In this document: positions 58,960 to 64,000 of the stretch, piece after piece
How the letters are laid out: the number at the start of each line of letters is the position of its first letter
How positions within the stretch are numbered: position 1 is the stretch's first letter
NCBI GenBank assembly: GCA_963701095.1
Contig: OY969564.1
Span: 1,856,001-1,920,000, forward strand
Reading direction: 5' to 3'
DNA: 64,000 bases
Source: an uncultured Methanoregulaceae archaeon
GTDB lineage: Archaea > Halobacteriota > Methanomicrobia > Methanomicrobiales > Methanospirillaceae
Notes under the pieces: generated by a model
Told to the model about the DNA's origin: nothing
Databases searched by the model: none
The model's input: the letters and a program-made list of their open reading frames with translations, nothing else
Translations under genes and position numbers: made by a program

Positions 58960-59732
58960 CAAAAGAACTGTTTATTAAAGATATCATGGCAAAACCAACG
59001 ACTATATCAAAATCGGCAAAGATTACCGAGGCACTCGACAAAATGCTCGACGAAGGCATCGATCCTCTAATTGCACTCAATAATACGTCAGTTGTCGGCA
59101 CAGTTTCAAGGGAGGCTATCGCCGAGAAACTAGGGAGCAAGCAGAACACTGGACTTGCCCCGGCCGCTATACATGTGGCAAGTGTTGTAAAGGAGGACTT
59201 TACGAGCGTTTATCCTGATGAGAACGTTAATGTCCTTGTTCCCCTGCTCCAGCAGTTTAAGCTCGTGGTTGTGTACGATAGCGATCATAACCTGATTGGA
59301 CAGGTGTCAGCTATCGACCTGTTAAAAAAGTACTCCTACGAGGGTAGTATCATGGGAGCTATTGAACAGGCAACTACTATTGATGCGGATGAACGAGTTG
59401 TCCATCTCCGACGCAGGATGGTAGATGATAAGATCTCCCGTTTTGTTGTGACTTCAAATAACAAGATTACCGGCATCGTGACCGAAACTGATGTTGCCGT
59501 TGCGATGAGGAAATTCCGGGAGATGGTAAAAGACCAACATCAGGATCACCAGATCCGTAACCTTCTCGTACGGGATATTATGAGCGCACCTCTGATCTCT
59601 CTTGAGATCGGAGCATCTTATCGGGATATAGTTGATCTGATGGTTTCAAAGAATATCAGCACCGTGCCGGTCACTGACAAAGGTAAACTGGCCGGTCTTA
59701 TAACACGCCGATCATTGATTCAGGTTCTTTAG
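58956..59732 (+). CDS. CBS domain protein (4 CBS)
   Basis: IKDIMAKP, ISRFVV..GIVTETD, STVPV..GLITRRS. Confidence 0.87.
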   Translation: MTKELFIKDIMAKPTTISKSAKITEALDKMLDEGIDPLIALNNTSVVGTVSREAIAEKLGSKQNTGLAPAAIHVASVVKEDFTSVYPDENVNVLVPLLQQFKLVVVYDSDHNLIGQVSAIDLLKKYSYEGSIMGAIEQATTIDADERVVHLRRRMVDDKISRFVVTSNNKITGIVTETDVAVAMRKFREMVKDQHQDHQIRNLLVRDIMSAPLISLEIGASYRDIVDLMVSKNISTVPVTDKGKLAGLITRRSLIQVL

Positions 59733-59823
59733 AGAATCAGGTTTGAAAACTTTTTTCTTTCTCGAGTGCACAGAGCAAACTTTTTAGGATTTTAGTAGAC
59801 GTTTGAAGGATATCACAAAGCAG

Positions 59824-60597
59824 TCAGATGAATAACTGGATGAGGAAGTACAGACCAACTGCAGTCCCGATCGCAACAATAGTCCACCGGAGCTGGCCAG
59901 GATCAATCCTGCCCGCTATATGACCACCAGCTGCCCCTCCGATTAAAGCCCCGGCTGCCATAACAAGTGCCAACGGCCAGATAATGAGACCGGAAAAGAG
60001 GAAGAACAGTGCAGCGGCGACATTAGTGGCAAATGAAATGCACTGCTTGAGTGCGTTGAGCCGGGTAAGGGTATCATCAAGGAAAAGCCCGAGTACGGCA
60101 AGGATGATCACAGAAAGTCCTGGTCCGAAATATCCGCCGTAGATTGCGGCAAGACCGACAGGAAGGGTAGCGCTCCTACAACCGCTGACATCGTTACCGT
60201 CGTGCCCGGCATGCAGGCGGATCCAGGTTCGAACCCGGTCTTGGATCACAAGCAGGGCTGCGCCAAGCAGGATGAGGAACGGAACCAGCAGGTGGAAGGT
60301 CTGTTTGCTGACATACAACAGGAGCATGCCCCCAGTGAGGCCACCTATAATTCCGGCCGGGACGAGCATAATAAGGCGCTTCTTCTGTCCTACAAGATCT
60401 TTTCTCTGGGCGAGCGCTCCTCCGAAATAGCCGGGGCAGAGGGCAACCGTGTTTGTGATGTTTGCAACAACATCGGGTACACCGAGCGCAACGAGTGTCG
60501 GAAACGAGATCAGAGTGCCTCCACCGGCAATGGCGTTTACCATCCCTGCAGCGAGTGCGGCCAGCCCTGCAATTACGACTTCAGATCCGGAGAGCAT
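59824..60597 (-). CDS. Sulfite exporter TauE/SafE family protein
   Basis: AGMVNAIAGGGTLI..P, ANITN, YGGYFGPG, NALK. Confidence 0.9.
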   Translation of the reverse strand: MLSGSEVVIAGLAALAAGMVNAIAGGGTLISFPTLVALGVPDVVANITNTVALCPGYFGGALAQRKDLVGQKKRLIMLVPAGIIGGLTGGMLLLYVSKQTFHLLVPFLILLGAALLVIQDRVRTWIRLHAGHDGNDVSGCRSATLPVGLAAIYGGYFGPGLSVIILAVLGLFLDDTLTRLNALKQCISFATNVAAALFFLFSGLIIWPLALVMAAGALIGGAAGGHIAGRIDPGQLRWTIVAIGTAVGLYFLIQLFI

Positions 60598-60646
60598 GCG
60601 TGTTTCCCATTATGTTCTTCCGTGCGATGGGACGGCAGGTATAGGG

Positions 60647-61213
60647 TTACTTCAAGTTCTTAAAGAGTGCTTGTACGTCCATTATACGGATCCCGATATT
60701 CTCCATATCACGAACGTTTGCTTGATGAATCTCCTCCGACTGCGCTCCGGTTGCATCTTTTACAAGAATCACCTGGTAATTTAACGCGATAGCGTCAAAG
60801 GATGTAGTCCGGATACAGTTAGGGGTTTGGACACCGGTCACGATGAGTACCGTGATGCCCAAAGTGCGGAGCATGAGATCGAGTTCAGTACCGATAAACG
60901 CGCTCATCCGGATTTTTTCGATTACGTACTCTCCCGGGATAGGAGCCAGTTCGGAGATTTCCTGTGCTCCGGAAGAACCTGCTACGGCATACGGAAGTCG
61001 TTTAAAGAGGTTTTTCCGGGTTATCTCTACATCAGAACCGTCGCTGCGGTGAACTCGTAATATGTGAAAAACCGGAAAATTCTTTGCCCGGAAATAGTTA
61101 AGCACATCCCGGATTTTTGGGATTATGTTGTCTGCCTGGGCGACACGGAGGTGCGCCCCCTCACGGACAAAGTCGTTCTGCATATCTATGATTAACAGGG
61201 CAGGATGTTCCAT
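60647..61213 (-). CDS. Isochorismatase-family cysteine hydrolase
   Basis: LIIDMQNDF, K..SAF..T.L, GVQTPNCIRTT..DA. Confidence 0.9.
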   Translation of the reverse strand: MEHPALLIIDMQNDFVREGAHLRVAQADNIIPKIRDVLNYFRAKNFPVFHILRVHRSDGSDVEITRKNLFKRLPYAVAGSSGAQEISELAPIPGEYVIEKIRMSAFIGTELDLMLRTLGITVLIVTGVQTPNCIRTTSFDAIALNYQVILVKDATGAQSEEIHQANVRDMENIGIRIMDVQALFKNLK

Positions 61214-61487
61214 GGATGATCACCTAATACAATGAAGATGTTGTTATAATGTTTATCCGTAAAATATAGTCCGGGATTATACTAGCACATAAAGGATTAG
61301 AAGTCTCATCTCCCTGCAGTGGGCAAAATATATGCAATAATTTGTTCGGGTGTTCTTTTGTAGCAAGAATCAGAAGATCAAATACGTCCACAACACTTAT
61401 TACCCCACCCTTACCATAGTATAAAGCACCATTCATGGAGCAGCGGATTTTCCGTTGCGAGTGTCTGAGAAGATGCGAGATTCCTCT

Positions 61488-61572
61488 GTTGAGGTAGCCA
61501 AGCCTGGTATGGCGCAGGTTTGCTAAACCTGTGTCCCCTTGGGACTCGAGGGTTCAAATCCCTCCCTCAGCG
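61488..61572 (+). tRNA. tRNA-Ser(GCT)
   Basis: Acceptor GTTGAGG/CCTCAGC, anticodon arm CAGGT-TTGCTAA-ACCTG, long variable arm GTCCC-CTT-GGGAC, T-loop TTCAAAT, discriminator G. Confidence 0.95.
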
Positions 61573-61607
61573 CTTCAAAGAGATAATCTCAAAATCGAGG
61601 GGATTGG

Positions 61608-62069
61608 ATGGCACAGGAAGAAGAAATAAGATACTTTGTCCGGGTCGGCACGACCGATCTGGATGGCACGAAATCGGTACGGGTTGCATTGACCGGCATT
61701 AAGGGCGTTGGAAGGCATACCTCTACGGTTATCTCCCGGATGGCAAAGGTTGATGAGTACGCAAAGCTTGGCCTTCTTGACGAAGAGTCAGTCAACCGGA
61801 TCCGCGCTGCGGTCGAGAAATATGCCGGGAACATCCCGATGTGGATGGCAAACCGGCAAAAAGATCTCTACACAGGCGAGAACAAACACCTCATAGGCGG
61901 CGACGTTGCACTCGCCCGTGATGAAGATATCAATATGATGAGGAAGATCCGCTGCTATAAGGGAATTCGGCATGAAACCGGTCAAAAGGTTCGCGGGCAG
62001 CGCACCAAGTCTACTGGCAGAACCGGTGTGACTGTGGGTGTCAAAAAGACCAAGGAAGGAGGTCAGTAA
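61608..62069 (+). CDS. rps13: 30S ribosomal protein S13
   Basis: [35 protein letters not shown]. Confidence 0.96.
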   Translation: MAQEEEIRYFVRVGTTDLDGTKSVRVALTGIKGVGRHTSTVISRMAKVDEYAKLGLLDEESVNRIRAAVEKYAGNIPMWMANRQKDLYTGENKHLIGGDVALARDEDINMMRKIRCYKGIRHETGQKVRGQRTKSTGRTGVTVGVKKTKEGGQ

Positions 62070-62072
62070 GCC

Positions 62073-62630
62073 ATGGGATACCCAGGAAAGAATCACAAGT
62101 CCTACCAGACGCCCAAACGCCCGTTCGAAAAGACCCGGATCGAAGAAGAGACCCGGCTCGTTATCGAGTACGGCTTACGCAATAAGCGTGAGGTATGGAA
62201 AGCGCAAAGCCACCTGAGGAAATACCGCAAGGCCGCCCGTGAACTGCTTGCTCTTATGTCAAGCAGCAAAGATTCTGCAGTCTTCGAAGCGAAGAAGACG
62301 GAGCTTATCAGCCATATGCAACGTGCGGGGCTTCTTGGCCCAGATGCAGATATTGATAACGTCCTTGCCCTCAAAGTTCCGTCCCATCTTGAGCGCCGGC
62401 TCCAGACTATTGTTTATCGGAAAGGTCTTGCTCGCTCACCAAAACAAGCACGCCAATTCGTGACCCATGGTCACATTGCAATCGCAGGACGACGTGTCAC
62501 CATTCCGGGATACCTTGTAACCCGTGGAGAAGAAACCGCAATCTCCTATTATGGGACCTCTCCATTTGTTGATGCGGCCCATTCAGAAAGGACCCGTATA
62601 ACAAAACCCTCAGGTCCCGGAGTGAACTAA
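62073..62630 (+). CDS. rps4: 30S ribosomal protein S4
   Basis: [28 protein letters not shown]. Confidence 0.96.
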   Translation: MGYPGKNHKSYQTPKRPFEKTRIEEETRLVIEYGLRNKREVWKAQSHLRKYRKAARELLALMSSSKDSAVFEAKKTELISHMQRAGLLGPDADIDNVLALKVPSHLERRLQTIVYRKGLARSPKQARQFVTHGHIAIAGRRVTIPGYLVTRGEETAISYYGTSPFVDAAHSERTRITKPSGPGVN

Positions 62631-62631
62631 C

Positions 62632-63030
62632 ATGGCGGCAAACGACAAGGAAAAGTGGGGCATCGCACACATTTTTGCCTCCTTTAATAACACAATCATA
62701 ACAGTCACCGATCTTTCCGGTGCAGAAACCGTTACGAAAAGCAGCGGCGGTATGGTTGTCAAGCAGGACAGAAATGAGAGTTCCCCCTATGCAGCCATGC
62801 AAATGGCGGCAAACGTCGCCGCAGTTGCCAGAGAAAAAGGCATTGTGGGGGTCCACGTAAAGGTTCGGGCGCCCGGACAAGGTAAACAGCGTAGTCCCGG
62901 GCCCGGTGCTCAGGCAGCAATCCGCGCACTTGCAAGGGCAGGCATGCGCATTGGAAGAATCGAAGACGTCACACCTGTCCCGCACGATTCGTGCCGTCCA
63001 AAGGGTGGCAGACGAGGAAGGAGAGTGTGA
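62632..63030 (+). CDS. rps11: 30S ribosomal protein S11
   Basis: [38 protein letters not shown]. Confidence 0.97.
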   Translation: MAANDKEKWGIAHIFASFNNTIITVTDLSGAETVTKSSGGMVVKQDRNESSPYAAMQMAANVAAVAREKGIVGVHVKVRAPGQGKQRSPGPGAQAAIRALARAGMRIGRIEDVTPVPHDSCRPKGGRRGRRV

Positions 63031-63860
63031 TGGAGATCGAATTCGCGAGTCTGGACAATACTCTTGCACGATTTACTTTGTCGGGAGCGAAGCCGGGTTT
63101 TGCAAACGCGTTCCGCAGGGCAATGATCGGTGAAGTGCCGACCCTTGCAATCGAAGATGTGCGCATATACGATAACACGAGCGCGCTTTTCGACGAGATG
63201 CTAGCACACCGCCTTGGACTTATTCCGATAAAGACCGATCTTACCAGTTATTCGACTCAGGAAAATTGTTCGTGCGGAGGGGCAGGTTGTCCGTCTTGCA
63301 CGGTCACCTACACGCTAAGCGTTGAAGGTCCCAAACTGGTCACCTCAAGTGATCTTATACCTCAGGATCCAAAAGCAGCTCCTGTGAACGAGAATATCCC
63401 CATCGTGAAACTTGCGAAAGGGCAAAAACTGGTCATCGAAGCACGTGCAATCCTTAACACCGGCAAAGCTCATGCAAAATGGCAACCCACTCTCGTATGT
63501 GGGTACAAGAACCACCCGATTATTACCATCAGCCCATCCTGCGACGCGTGCGGCATGTGCGTGGATGAATGCCCCCGTACTATCCTTGCAGTCAAGGGAA
63601 AGAAAGTTGAGGTTGTAGAGGGCAAGCTTCCTGATTGTTCCATGTGCAAACTCTGTGAACGGGCCTGCATCGCCAGTGGTATCGGCGATGAACCCGCGAT
63701 CAGGATTTCCGCCTCACCGGACAGGTATATATTTGCGGTAGAGGGTGATGGATCGCTGCCCACAAAAGAGATCATGGTTCAGGCGCTTTCCTTTATCAGG
63801 GGAAAGGCAGACGAGCTAGAGAGACAGACAAGCGAGATTTCAGGGGAGGAAAAGAAATGA
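63030..63860 (+). CDS. rpoD: DNA-directed RNA polymerase subunit D (Rpo3) with ferredoxin-like domain
   Basis: FANAFRR..EVPTLAI..HRLGLIP..HAKWQP; CDACGMCVDECP and CSMCKLCERAC. Confidence 0.95.
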   Translation: MEIEFASLDNTLARFTLSGAKPGFANAFRRAMIGEVPTLAIEDVRIYDNTSALFDEMLAHRLGLIPIKTDLTSYSTQENCSCGGAGCPSCTVTYTLSVEGPKLVTSSDLIPQDPKAAPVNENIPIVKLAKGQKLVIEARAILNTGKAHAKWQPTLVCGYKNHPIITISPSCDACGMCVDECPRTILAVKGKKVEVVEGKLPDCSMCKLCERACIASGIGDEPAIRISASPDRYIFAVEGDGSLPTKEIMVQALSFIRGKADELERQTSEISGEEKK

Positions 63861-64000
63861 CACGAAATGTGGAAAAGACAAACCCCCGTCTTACCAACCT
63901 CATTCTGCTCTTGAAGAACACATCAAGGGAGAACGAGGCAAAGATCTGGCGCGAAATTGCAGGCAGGCTGGAGACCCCCAACCGGAATTATGCAGAGGTC
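63857..64000 (+). CDS. rpl18e: 50S ribosomal protein L18e (5' part; runs off the window)
   Basis: MTRNVEKTNPRLTNLILLLKNTSRENEAKIWREIAGRL..; follows rpoD with an ATGA overlap. Confidence 0.9.
   Translation, partial: MTRNVEKTNPRLTNLILLLKNTSRENEAKIWREIAGRLETPNRNYAEV

Noticed and set aside
1..64000. CRISPR array, rRNA, SRP or RNase P RNA
   Set aside because: No regularly spaced repeats or recognisable rRNA/SRP/RNase P signatures; intergenic gaps are short and largely explained.

Overview
A 64-kb stretch of mostly core chromosome from a methanogenic euryarchaeon. The gene content, gene order and protein style point to Methanomicrobiales (Methanoregula-like); this is inferred, not database-checked. 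Translation and transcription genes: rps6e, infB, ileS, thg1, dtdA-ftsZ-secE-spt5, rpl11-rpl1-rplP0-rpl12, rps15-DHH-pcc1-rps3ae, and tRNA-Ser-rps13-rps4-rps11-rpoD-rpl18e. Also present: three tRNAs (His-GTG, Lys-CTT, Ser-GCT), methanopterin genes (a chorismate-lyase-like/mptG fusion and mptE), hypF, apgM, oxidative-stress genes (two iron-sulfur flavoproteins and rubrerythrin), an ABC exporter fused to a PrsW-type protease, a five-gene CBS-domain cluster, oapA/oapC, and stand-alone MazF-like and HEPN-like genes. I see no CRISPR array, rRNA, integrase or transposase. Ten CDSs, several essential, are split by single-base indels, and two tRNAs carry matching lesions. These look like long-read consensus errors, and they cluster at CCGG, AGCT and GTAC, possibly tracing the host methylome. 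I found no unambiguous large novel system. The best candidates are: (i) a ~5.7-kb six-gene block between spt5 and rpl11 in which two promoters share an identically placed TGTAA-N8-TTACA palindrome; (ii) the ABC-PrsW module; (iii) structured leaders before rps6e and before tRNA-Ser/rps13; (iv) a tRNA-His gene lacking an encoded G-1, together with a Thg1 homolog.
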